A DNA stretch of 64,000 nucleotides, taken from the IMG/VR virus record IMGVR_UViG_3300046518_000226, positions 30,123-94,122 of that record. One strand, 5' to 3'. This stretch comes from a virus. Under the pieces are notes generated by a model. The model was not told the origin of the DNA and ran no database searches. It saw only the letters and a program-made list of their open reading frames with translations. This document shows, one piece after another, positions 8,578 through 16,640 of the stretch. The position numbers were made by a program, and so were the translations under genes. Position 1 is the stretch's first letter; every line of letters starts with the position of its first letter.

Positions 8578-8942
8578 CAGCGGTTCACCCGTGGTGAGCG
8601 CGCGCAATGCGATAACGCCCACGGGCAGCTCTTGACGCTGGTGTCCAGCAATGGTGGTCGGGGTTTGCCAGCCTCGAAAAGACTGCCGGGTAGCCGTATA
8701 AGAGGCCGCTACCGATCTGTAAGTAAGCGTGCGGCGGATGGCTTAAAGATGCGCCACCCGATGAGGAGAATGGCTGCGGCCACTGTTCCGTGTAACTGGA
8801 GTCGGGATCTGAGTTCCCGGAAAGCCTGCCCGTTAGTCGGGGCGTGCACCAAAAGCCACAACGTAATGCAGTGGTGACGTGGCACGAGCCGCAGCAGAAG
8901 CGAGGATACCAGCCACGCAAAGCCGCCTACGGGCGGCTTTTT
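8578..8942 (+). ncRNA. Putative stand-alone structured RNA 2 (about 365 nt)
   Basis: Long-range helices 8637-46/8904-13 and 8773-80/8888-95, several internal hairpins, own promoter candidate and terminator, no credible ORF. Confidence 0.7.
8919..8942 (+). terminator. Intrinsic terminator
   Basis: AAAGCCGCC-TACG-GGCGGCTTTTT. Confidence 0.85.
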
Positions 8943-8970
8943 CATGCTCGCTGTTCCCTTCGCTCGCAGT

Positions 8971-8984
8971 CGTGACGGCACGAT
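8971..8984 (+). promoter_or_regulatory. Late promoter-like motif (protease, leaderless)
   Basis: CGTGAC GG CACGAT, 6 nt before ATG 8991. Confidence 0.7.
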
Positions 8985-8990
8985 GGCGAC

Positions 8991-9875
8991 ATGAACCAAG
9001 ACGAACAGCTGTTAGCTGATATCCCCGAATTCCTCAGCATCTCCGAGATGCTGAAAGCCACGCCTTCTGAGGAAGGTGGGGAACGCTTCATCTATCTGGA
9101 AGCCAGCAACGAGGGCGTCGACCAGCAGGGCGAACGCGTTCTTGCCAAGGCGCTGGAGGATAGCGCGAGCCACTTCCTCAAGTTCGGCAACATCGACCTC
9201 GACCACTTCACGATCATCGGCCAGCGCATGGGCTTGGCGAACCCGATGGCCTACGAAGTCGGCCGCCCTGTGGACGTGACAGTTCGCGGCGATCGCACCT
9301 TCGTCAAGGCGCAGCTCTACAAGGGCACAGGCGAACTCGCGAAGAACGCGAACATGGTCTGGGAGTCGATGACCCAGCTCAACCCGCCGGCGCGCTGGTA
9401 TCCGTCCGTGGGCGGCTCGGTGCTCGCCAAGAGCGTTCAGCTCGACCCGGCGACCAACGAGAAGGTCGGCTTGGTCACTAAGGTGCGGTGGACGAACATC
9501 GCCCTGAGCCGCACGCCGGTGAACCAGCACCTGCCAGCCGCGGGCACTGTGCCTCTGGCAACCTTCGCCAAGTCGCTCGGCGGTCTGGTGATGAGCAAGT
9601 CGCTCACCGCTGGCTACGGCTCGGACATGGCGAACCTGTCGGGCGGTGCGGCCATCCGCATGCAGTCGCTCGATGGTGTTCCGCAGTCTTACTACGAATT
9701 CCGCGACGAGATTTCTGGCGCGGTCAGCAGTCGTGAGGCCAATAATCAATCCCGAAACGGCTTGATCGCGTACTCAACGCAAAAATTCAATCTGTCGGCT
9801 GAAGAAGCTGCGGAATGGGTGGATCGCTTCCTGAGCGATTTGAAAAAACATCAATCTAACCGGAGCAATCCATGA
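8991..9875 (+). CDS. Prohead protease
   Basis: ASNEGVDQQGE, DLDH, SVGG, IALSRTPVN motifs; position before scaffold and capsid. Confidence 0.85.
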   Translation: MNQDEQLLADIPEFLSISEMLKATPSEEGGERFIYLEASNEGVDQQGERVLAKALEDSASHFLKFGNIDLDHFTIIGQRMGLANPMAYEVGRPVDVTVRGDRTFVKAQLYKGTGELAKNANMVWESMTQLNPPARWYPSVGGSVLAKSVQLDPATNEKVGLVTKVRWTNIALSRTPVNQHLPAAGTVPLATFAKSLGGLVMSKSLTAGYGSDMANLSGGAAIRMQSLDGVPQSYYEFRDEISGAVSSREANNQSRNGLIAYSTQKFNLSAEEAAEWVDRFLSDLKKHQSNRSNP

Positions 9876-10513
9876 GCAAATTTCAAGAATTGCTCGCTGC
9901 TATCGACACTGAAGCGGCAGAGCAAAGTGAACTCGCCAAGTCCATTCCCGCAGTCACCCCGGCTGACGACAAGGCTGTCGCTGCTGCGGCAGGCGATGAA
10001 GGCGCAGGCGATGCAGCTATCACCGACGCTGATAAAGCGAAAACCCAAGCCGAGCAGGATCTGGCCAAGTCCCTGAACCCTGAAGACAACGTCCAGGTGA
10101 TCGAGGTCGACGAGCTGATCAAGTCCATGGGCGACCTGAATCAGCGCTTCGACGAAAACGAAGGCCTGATGGCGAAGGCTCTCGGTGACACCCTGAACCT
10201 GGTCAAGAACCAGGGCGAGATGATCAAGTCGCAGAACGAGCTGATCAAATCGCTGACCAATCGTGTCGATGCTCTGGGCAGCCAAGGCGCTGGCCGCAAA
10301 GCATTGCTGGTTGCTACCGAGCGCGCCCAGCCTGGCGAACACCTGGCGAAGTCGCTGCCGCAGCCTGAGGCCGCCAAGCCTCAAGAAATTCTTGCCAAGT
10401 GCCTGAGTGCACAGAAGGACGGCAAGCTCACTGGTGCCGAGGTTGCTCGCGCCGAATCCCAACTGAACCATGGTTTGGCCGTAGATCCGGCAATCCTGGC
10501 TCGTATTTCCTAA
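9872..10513 (+). CDS. Scaffold-like protein
   Basis: Acidic, helical, many LxKS motifs; lies between protease and capsid. Confidence 0.7.
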   Translation: MSKFQELLAAIDTEAAEQSELAKSIPAVTPADDKAVAAAAGDEGAGDAAITDADKAKTQAEQDLAKSLNPEDNVQVIEVDELIKSMGDLNQRFDENEGLMAKALGDTLNLVKNQGEMIKSQNELIKSLTNRVDALGSQGAGRKALLVATERAQPGEHLAKSLPQPEAAKPQEILAKCLSAQKDGKLTGAEVARAESQLNHGLAVDPAILARIS

Positions 10514-10528
10514 GCCCCGGAGGCATTA

Positions 10529-11992
10529 ATGGACTTTCTCAACAACCCCAATACCTCCGGCGCATCCATTGCCGGGGACATGGGTCAGGAAGAACTGGTC
10601 GCACTGCAGAAGTCTCTGCAAGCTGGCTACGGTTCCGACATGAACGACCTGAGCGGCGGTTCCGCACTGCGTATCCAGTCGCTGGATACCACGCTGCAAG
10701 CAACCGTGCAGGACAACCAGCACTTCGCGCTGTTCAACGCCCTGCCGAAGCCCAAGGCTACCGCGGTGCTGGACGAATGGACTGAGCAGTCCGAAATCGG
10801 TGGCTTCCTGGGCGATAGCTTTAACGACCAGGATGGCGCCGCAGCTGAGACCGCCGGTCAGTACGACCGCCGCATCGGCCGCGTGAAGTACATGACCACC
10901 TACCGCAAAATCCCGATCGTTCTGCAAAGCCAGAACAACATCGCGGACGCGGTGTCGCTGGAAACCATCAACGGCTCGAAGCAGCTGCTGACTTCCATCG
11001 AGTTCAGCCTGTTCGAAGGTAACGACCTGGTCACCCCGAAATCGTTCGCCGGCATCCGCCAGCAGATCGAAAGCCTGGGCAGCGCCGACCACGTGATCGA
11101 CATGCGTGGCGAGTCGCTGATGAGCATCGACCCGATCGCCAAGGCTGCTGAAACCGTGTTCGGCTTCGGTAACTTCGGCAAGATCACCGACCTCTACCTG
11201 CCGCCGAGCGTTCAGACCGACCTGAACATGAACCTGGATCCTGCGTTCCGTGTCGCGCTGACCAACAGCCCGAACAGCATCGCACTGGGCACCGACGTGC
11301 GTGCGATCCAGACCTCCTACGGCGCGATCGCGACCAAGAACGACGTCTTCATCCGCGATGAGAAGATGCAGAAGCCGTTCGAGATCCGCAACTCGATCCA
11401 CGCCGCTGCCGCTGTCGCCAACGCCGCGTTCAAGCCTGCGAGCATGACCGCTGTTGCCGCTGCTAACGGCGGAGCCGACTCGTACTGGGAAAATGCCCAC
11501 GCTGGTGCCTTCGTGTACTTCGTGACCGGCATCAACCAGAACGGCGAGAGCCAGGTCACCGGCGCAACCGGCGGCGCTGCTACCGTCGCTGCTGGCGGCA
11601 AGGTCACCATCACCATCAAGGCGTCCGCTTCGGGCACCGAGACCGGTTATGTGATCTACCGCGGTCGCAAGGATGGCACCGACGCTCTGACCGACGTGCG
11701 TGAGATGACCCGCGTGCCGAAGAACACCGGCGGCGACACCGTGTACGTCGACCTGAACCGCGAGATCCCGGGCACCACCTGCTCCTACGCTCTGAACCTG
11801 TCGCCAAGCGACCACGCCATCGCATGGCGTCAGTACCTGCCGATGATGAAGATCCCGATGGCAGCGGTGAACAGCCCGATCATCCCTTGGCTGCAAATGA
11901 TCTGCGGTTACCTGCGGATCACCAAGCGCAACCAACACGTGGTGATCAAAAACATCGTGCCTCGCGGCGCGGCCTGGAAGCCTTTCGGCTGA
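10529..11992 (+). CDS. Major capsid protein (SPO1/A511/K-like)
   Basis: KSLQAGYG..GGSALRIQSLD N-terminus, strong GGAGG RBS, downstream terminator. Confidence 0.92.
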   Translation: MDFLNNPNTSGASIAGDMGQEELVALQKSLQAGYGSDMNDLSGGSALRIQSLDTTLQATVQDNQHFALFNALPKPKATAVLDEWTEQSEIGGFLGDSFNDQDGAAAETAGQYDRRIGRVKYMTTYRKIPIVLQSQNNIADAVSLETINGSKQLLTSIEFSLFEGNDLVTPKSFAGIRQQIESLGSADHVIDMRGESLMSIDPIAKAAETVFGFGNFGKITDLYLPPSVQTDLNMNLDPAFRVALTNSPNSIALGTDVRAIQTSYGAIATKNDVFIRDEKMQKPFEIRNSIHAAAAVANAAFKPASMTAVAAANGGADSYWENAHAGAFVYFVTGINQNGESQVTGATGGAATVAAGGKVTITIKASASGTETGYVIYRGRKDGTDALTDVREMTRVPKNTGGDTVYVDLNREIPGTTCSYALNLSPSDHAIAWRQYLPMMKIPMAAVNSPIIPWLQMICGYLRITKRNQHVVIKNIVPRGAAWKPFG

Positions 11993-11998
11993 TCAGTT

Positions 11999-12023
11999 GG
12001 GGGCGGCTTCGGTCGCCCCCTTT
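11999..12023 (+). terminator. Intrinsic terminator
   Basis: GGGGGCGGC-TTCG-GTCGCCCCC-TTT. Confidence 0.8.
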
Positions 12024-12044
12024 CACCGCTACCGAGGAAACGAC

Positions 12045-12554
12045 ATGCCTTTCATCATTCGTGAACACCCAACCCACCTCACGCCGATCAACGGCGTGGC
12101 GTTTGCCGTGCATGAAGCCGGCTCGATTTCTGCCGAGGTCGGCGACGAGCTGGCCGAGCTGTTCCTGTCGGTGCCGCTTTTCCGCCTGGCTGAAGACGAC
12201 GAGCTGCCTGAAGGCGTGAAGCCTACTCCAGCTCCGGTCGTTACTCCTCCGGTCGTCAAGGAGACCGCGGCGCAGAAGAAGGCTCGCGAGAAGGCCGAGC
12301 GCGAGAAGGCTGCACAGGAGCAGGCTGAGCAGGATGCTGCCGCGCAGGCCGCGATTGATGCCGCCAACAAGCCAGCGGAAGGCGACACCACCACCGAGCA
12401 GACTGGCGGTGAAGATGGTGAGCAAACTGGCGGCGAGCAGATCGATGGCGAAAAGCCTGAGGGCGATGCAGCCACCACCCAGAACAACCCTGAGACAGGC
12501 GCCAATGGCGACGGCGCCACTGCCGGCGACCCGCCTGCCGACGACGTCTTCTAA
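12045..12554 (+). CDS. Acidic low-complexity hypothetical (virion-associated)
   Basis: GAGGA RBS before ATG 12045. Confidence 0.75.
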   Translation: MPFIIREHPTHLTPINGVAFAVHEAGSISAEVGDELAELFLSVPLFRLAEDDELPEGVKPTPAPVVTPPVVKETAAQKKAREKAEREKAAQEQAEQDAAAQAAIDAANKPAEGDTTTEQTGGEDGEQTGGEQIDGEKPEGDAATTQNNPETGANGDGATAGDPPADDVF

Positions 12555-12563
12555 GGAGGCCAC

Positions 12564-12734
12564 ATGGCAACCCCGACCCCGACCAAAGAGCAGCTTGCTC
12601 ACCTGCTGAACAACATCAACATCGGCACCAACAAGGCGAAGCTCGGCGATCTGATCGTCCGACTGTTCGAGCGTGTTGAAGCGCTGGAATTGAATCAGGG
12701 GCCTCCGCCGCCGCCACCTGATGGCGGCATGTAA
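12564..12734 (+). CDS. 56-aa protein with poly-Pro tail (possible head decoration/fibre); not in ORF track
   Basis: AAGGAGG RBS; MATPTPTKEQLAHLLNN...GPPPPPPDGGM. Confidence 0.7.
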   Translation: MATPTPTKEQLAHLLNNINIGTNKAKLGDLIVRLFERVEALELNQGPPPPPPDGGM

Positions 12735-12763
12735 GACTGACCCTTGCCGAGTTTCGGCGTTCC

Positions 12764-12790
12764 AAAAGGCCGCCCTGTGCGGCCTTTCTT
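12764..12790 (+). terminator. Intrinsic terminator
   Basis: AAAGGCCGC-N5-GCGGCCTTT. Confidence 0.75.
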
Positions 12791-12803
12791 ATGAGTGACC
12801 CAC

Positions 12804-13895
12804 ATGACCACGATCGTTGCCGGAAGCCCGGCCAAATTCACGGTGACCGTCCAGCGCGATGGGAAGCCGCTTACGCTCGATGGCGATATTGCCATGCGGG
12901 TGTTCAGCATCGACGGCCGCCGGGAGCTGATCAGCACCACCGAAGTCGATCCCACCGCGGATGGCGCCGACTTCGCGAATGGCATCGTCTCGATCGCGCT
13001 CACCGGCGATCAGACCACCCAACTTCCTGCCGGCCAAGCGCTGCTGGTGCTGTCTGGCTCCTTCGGGCTCCACCGGTTCAAGCTGGTCGTCGAGCCGCTG
13101 TTTGAAGGGACGCGCAACTCTCTGTTCATCCGCGACCTGGTGGTCGACGAGATCCGCCAAGACCGCCTGATGTCGGCGGCGGCCGGCGTGCTGCAGGGCG
13201 TGTCCGTGTCGGATGGCTACATCTGGGACAAGATCCGCGCTGCCGAATCCGAGATGGCGCACACCCTGCGCGTGCCGCTGGTGCCGACGCACTTCTTCTC
13301 GATCCAGCCGACCGAGGAGCAGATTGCTGCGCTCGATGGCATGGCCTGGGCGATTGACCCGGCCTACGACTACTCGCCCGACATGTTCCAAGGCGACAAG
13401 TGGGGCTTCATGATCACCCGGCAGCGGCCGATCATCTCGATCACGCACCTGCGCTTCGCCTACCCGACCTCCGATCGCGGCTTCGTCGACATCCCGCTCG
13501 ACTGGATCCGCACCGACAACAAGTACGGCCACCTGCGCATCGTGCCCGCCTCGCCGGCCGTGTTCATGACTATGAGCGCCTTCATCATGACCGCGCTCAC
13601 CGGTGGTCGCTCGATCCCGTCCATGATGCAGCTTGAGTACACCGCCGGCCTGACTGACGTCGAAACGAACTTCCCCGAGCTGCTGGACGCCATCAAGAAA
13701 ATGGCGGTGCTCAAGATCGTCGGCGATGCGTTCCTGCCGCAGTCCGGCTCGATCAGCGGCGATGGCCTGTCGGAATCCATGTCCGTGGACATGACCAAGT
13801 ACCACGACGCCATCGACTACATCATCAACGGGCCGAAGGGCTCGAACGGCGGCCTGATGACCAAGATCCACGGCATCCGCATGCTGGTCATGTGA
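12804..13895 (+). CDS. Head-tail adaptor (neck) protein
   Basis: LEYTAG...SISGDGLSES pattern; position. Confidence 0.7.
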   Translation: MTTIVAGSPAKFTVTVQRDGKPLTLDGDIAMRVFSIDGRRELISTTEVDPTADGADFANGIVSIALTGDQTTQLPAGQALLVLSGSFGLHRFKLVVEPLFEGTRNSLFIRDLVVDEIRQDRLMSAAAGVLQGVSVSDGYIWDKIRAAESEMAHTLRVPLVPTHFFSIQPTEEQIAALDGMAWAIDPAYDYSPDMFQGDKWGFMITRQRPIISITHLRFAYPTSDRGFVDIPLDWIRTDNKYGHLRIVPASPAVFMTMSAFIMTALTGGRSIPSMMQLEYTAGLTDVETNFPELLDAIKKMAVLKIVGDAFLPQSGSISGDGLSESMSVDMTKYHDAIDYIINGPKGSNGGLMTKIHGIRMLVM

Positions 13896-13905
13896 GGGAG
13901 GCGCC

Positions 13906-14538
13906 ATGAGACTGAACCCCGGACACTTCAACCGCTTCCTCAACAACATCGGCCAGCAGTTCGTGTGGCGCCGGGCCTATGCGTGCTCGTGCGCGACACC
14001 GGAGAGTGGCGCCCCGTCTACCAAGTGCCCTCTCTGCCTCGGCAAGGGGCACATTTGGGTCAATCCCGTCCAGGCATCAGCGGCGGCGGCTGGGCAGAAG
14101 ACGCAGGTCGCTTGGGCGCAGATGGGGCTCTACGAGAAGGGCGATATGGTCATGACCGTGCCAGAGAACTCGCCGCTATGGGATGCTGGCCAGTTCGACC
14201 GCGTGACCATGCTGAACGCCACCGATCGCTTCTCGCAGCCGCTGAAACGTGGCGCTCCGACCGAGAAGCTGATGTTCACGGTGAAGCAGATCGATCGGGT
14301 GTTCTGGATCGGCCCAGACCAGACGCTGGTCGAGGGCGGCATTCCGACTGTGGATGCGAATGGCCGGCCGACCTGGAAGACGGGTGAGCCGCCGCCGGGC
14401 ATGTCCTACTCGATCAGCGGCACGCGCCTGTCGGAGTATTTCATCTATCAGGATCTGCCGCGGAACCGGAACATGCACGATGGGGCAAGGCTGCCGAAAC
14501 TGACCGTGCTGCGGCGCTGGGATCTGCTGGGGCGCTAG
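13906..14538 (+). CDS. Head closure/neck protein
   Basis: CSC...CPLCLGKG Zn motif typical of SPO1-like neck proteins. Confidence 0.65.
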   Translation: MRLNPGHFNRFLNNIGQQFVWRRAYACSCATPESGAPSTKCPLCLGKGHIWVNPVQASAAAAGQKTQVAWAQMGLYEKGDMVMTVPENSPLWDAGQFDRVTMLNATDRFSQPLKRGAPTEKLMFTVKQIDRVFWIGPDQTLVEGGIPTVDANGRPTWKTGEPPPGMSYSISGTRLSEYFIYQDLPRNRNMHDGARLPKLTVLRRWDLLGR

Positions 14539-15392
14539 GTCTTCTTCGCCAGCGTCCGGCGGATGGCTTCCTCGAAGGCCTTCGTGGCCTTCGGTTGCAT
14601 GGCCTCGACGGTCTTCTTGGCGATGTCCTGCCCGGGCTGCGCTGGGATCACCCAGCCCTGGGATCCCTCGATCATGATCCGGAACGTCAGGAAGGTGGAC
14701 GACTTCGCGCCGCCTGGCGTGCTGGTGTCGAACCGGTGCATGCCGGCCGCCCAGCCACGCACAGCCGGGCTGATGCCAGCGCCCTTCATTGCACCCTTCT
14801 TCAGCCGATCGCCCCACGCATAGTGGTTCTTGTTGACCATCTGCGCCTGCTTCGTCTTGGCATTTGACAGGTAGGGCGACTGGTTCGCAGACGGCGCCAT
14901 GCCCGAGGTGGGCGACAGCCTGGTCACCTCGCCGCTTGGGCGTTCGCTCTGGCTCACGATGGTGGACGCGTTCAGCTCGGACGCCATGTCGTAGATGCCG
15001 GCCTTCTCGAGCTTGCTCACGTTGTGGCGCAGCGGGATCACCAGGAAGCGGCGCCCGTCCTCAGTGCGGCGCACTTTCAGGCTGGTGCCGAGCATCTTCT
15101 TCAGGTCGCGAGCGGGCCGGCCGTTCTCGATCTCCAGGTCGTAGCGATAGTCGGACTCGACAACGGCAGTGAAGTCGCCGGTCATACTCCACTTGATCGT
15201 GGCCGCATAAGCATCCTTCTCGCCCGACCATAGCTTCGCCTGGTAGACGTTGGCCTGCCAGTTCGCCGCCGTCTGTTGAGCCACCGCGCGCACGGCCTGG
15301 TTAAGCAACGGAAAGACCTGCTTGTTGACGATACCTTGCAGGTCAAGCGTGCTGCCGAGATCAAAGCTGAATTTGATGTTTAAGTCTGCCAT
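14535..15392 (-). CDS. Neck/tail-completion-like protein, inverted relative to operon
   Basis: ENGRPARDLK, FLVIPLRH, FLTFRIM..GWVIP motifs; own promoter motif. Confidence 0.65.
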   Translation of the reverse strand: MADLNIKFSFDLGSTLDLQGIVNKQVFPLLNQAVRAVAQQTAANWQANVYQAKLWSGEKDAYAATIKWSMTGDFTAVVESDYRYDLEIENGRPARDLKKMLGTSLKVRRTEDGRRFLVIPLRHNVSKLEKAGIYDMASELNASTIVSQSERPSGEVTRLSPTSGMAPSANQSPYLSNAKTKQAQMVNKNHYAWGDRLKKGAMKGAGISPAVRGWAAGMHRFDTSTPGGAKSSTFLTFRIMIEGSQGWVIPAQPGQDIAKKTVEAMQPKATKAFEEAIRRTLAKKT

Positions 15393-15397
15393 GCCTT

Positions 15398-15411
15398 AGC
15401 GTCGCGTCACG
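15398..15411 (-). promoter_or_regulatory. Late promoter-like motif (leaderless)
   Basis: CGTGAC GC GACGCT, 5 nt before ATG 15392. Confidence 0.6.
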
Positions 15412-15431
15412 ATATGCGGCCGGCAATTCGT

Positions 15432-15445
15432 CGTGACGGCAGGAT
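15432..15445 (+). promoter_or_regulatory. Late promoter-like motif (leaderless)
   Basis: CGTGAC GG CAGGAT, 6 nt before ATG 15452. Confidence 0.7.
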
Positions 15446-15451
15446 AGCCGC

Positions 15452-16276
15452 ATGATTTCAATTATCCGGCCGCTCCCGATCGGCAACGCACTCAGACTGT
15501 TCATCGAGCCACCTTCCGGCGCGATCTACTGGCGCGTCCTGCGGAAAGGGTCTGACACCTTCACCGGCGTCGACGACACCAGTGCGCTGGTCGTCTTCGA
15601 GGGCGACTTGAAGTGCATCGTCGACACCGAGTCGCTGCCGAACGAGCAGATGGCGTTCTACAAGCCGTTCTACCGCATCGGCACCGCTTGGGTCGAAGGT
15701 GCGACCGCCCACGGCACGCCAGCGGCCTACTACCACGATCACAGCACCGACGTGGTCGCGTACCTGCGCGAGCGGATCGAGGCCGGCATGGCGATCGAGG
15801 TCGAGCGCCGCAACATCGTGACCGAGCTTGGCTACGTGCAGGTCTTCACTGCGCCGCCGTCCCTCGAACAGAACATCCAGTTCCCTCTCGTGACCGTGGA
15901 GCTGGATCACGAGGCGCCAGGCGAGCGCGGCATCGGCGAGGATGTCTACGGCGATGAGTTCGACGGCGAGGGCTGGGATGACTCCGAGGGCTGGCTGGCA
16001 GCGGTAAGCGTGAGCATCGTTGGCTGGTCGCTGAACAGCGATGAGCGGATCGAGATGCGCAAGGCCCTGCGCCGGATCCTCGTGGCGAACCTTGGCGTGT
16101 TCGACTCCAAGGGCATGCAGCAGATCAGCTTCAGCCTTTCGGACATCAACGCCGTAAACGGCGAGTTCGGCGCGCCGGTTTACCAGTGCTTGTGCAATTT
16201 TTCATGCATCGCGCCAGTCCGCGTAAGTGGTCGCGTGAATGCAATCGAAGATGTCGAAGTCACCGTCACCGGTTGA
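15452..16276 (+). CDS. Tail terminator-like protein
   Basis: FPLVTV and V-SIVGWS patterns; just upstream of sheath. Confidence 0.6.
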   Translation: MISIIRPLPIGNALRLFIEPPSGAIYWRVLRKGSDTFTGVDDTSALVVFEGDLKCIVDTESLPNEQMAFYKPFYRIGTAWVEGATAHGTPAAYYHDHSTDVVAYLRERIEAGMAIEVERRNIVTELGYVQVFTAPPSLEQNIQFPLVTVELDHEAPGERGIGEDVYGDEFDGEGWDDSEGWLAAVSVSIVGWSLNSDERIEMRKALRRILVANLGVFDSKGMQQISFSLSDINAVNGEFGAPVYQCLCNFSCIAPVRVSGRVNAIEDVEVTVTG

Positions 16277-16327
16277 CTTCAACGTAACCCGCCGTGCGGC
16301 GGAAATGGCTTCAACAAGGGAACAATC

Positions 16328-16636
16328 ATGGCAACTACCAAAAGCAAGACACCAGACGCAACAGAGGTTGCCGAGACTGCCTCCGCCGCGCCGGAAGTCG
16401 AGCAAGCTCAACTCACTATTCCTGCCGAGGACGATCCGATGGCATCCACTCCCGTACAGGCTGCGTTTCAGATCACCCTGCAGGAATTCATGCGGAAGCT
16501 GTCGCAGCGCGACAACCGCGTGGAGCTAATCAACGGCTTCAACTTCACCGAGAAGCGGGCGGGTCACGTCAAAGACTTCGAGTCCAACTTCCAGGCGCGG
16601 TTTGTCGCTTTCACTCAACTCGTCATCGAGGACTAA
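16328..16636 (+). CDS. Hypothetical virion-module protein
   Basis: 102-aa ORF with RBS. Confidence 0.7.
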   Translation: MATTKSKTPDATEVAETASAAPEVEQAQLTIPAEDDPMASTPVQAAFQITLQEFMRKLSQRDNRVELINGFNFTEKRAGHVKDFESNFQARFVAFTQLVIED

Positions 16637-16640
16637 CAGC

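Noticed and set aside
8757-8825. Hammerhead ribozyme (CCGATGAG...GAAA) or cobalamin riboswitch (GCCACTG...CGGGA) in RNA 2
   Set aside because: Required stems and remaining conserved boxes could not be built
8585-8999. Small ORFs across RNA 2 (8632-8877, 8585-8920, 8709-8999)
   Set aside because: No RBS, non-ATG or weak starts and atypical composition; pairing explains the sequence better
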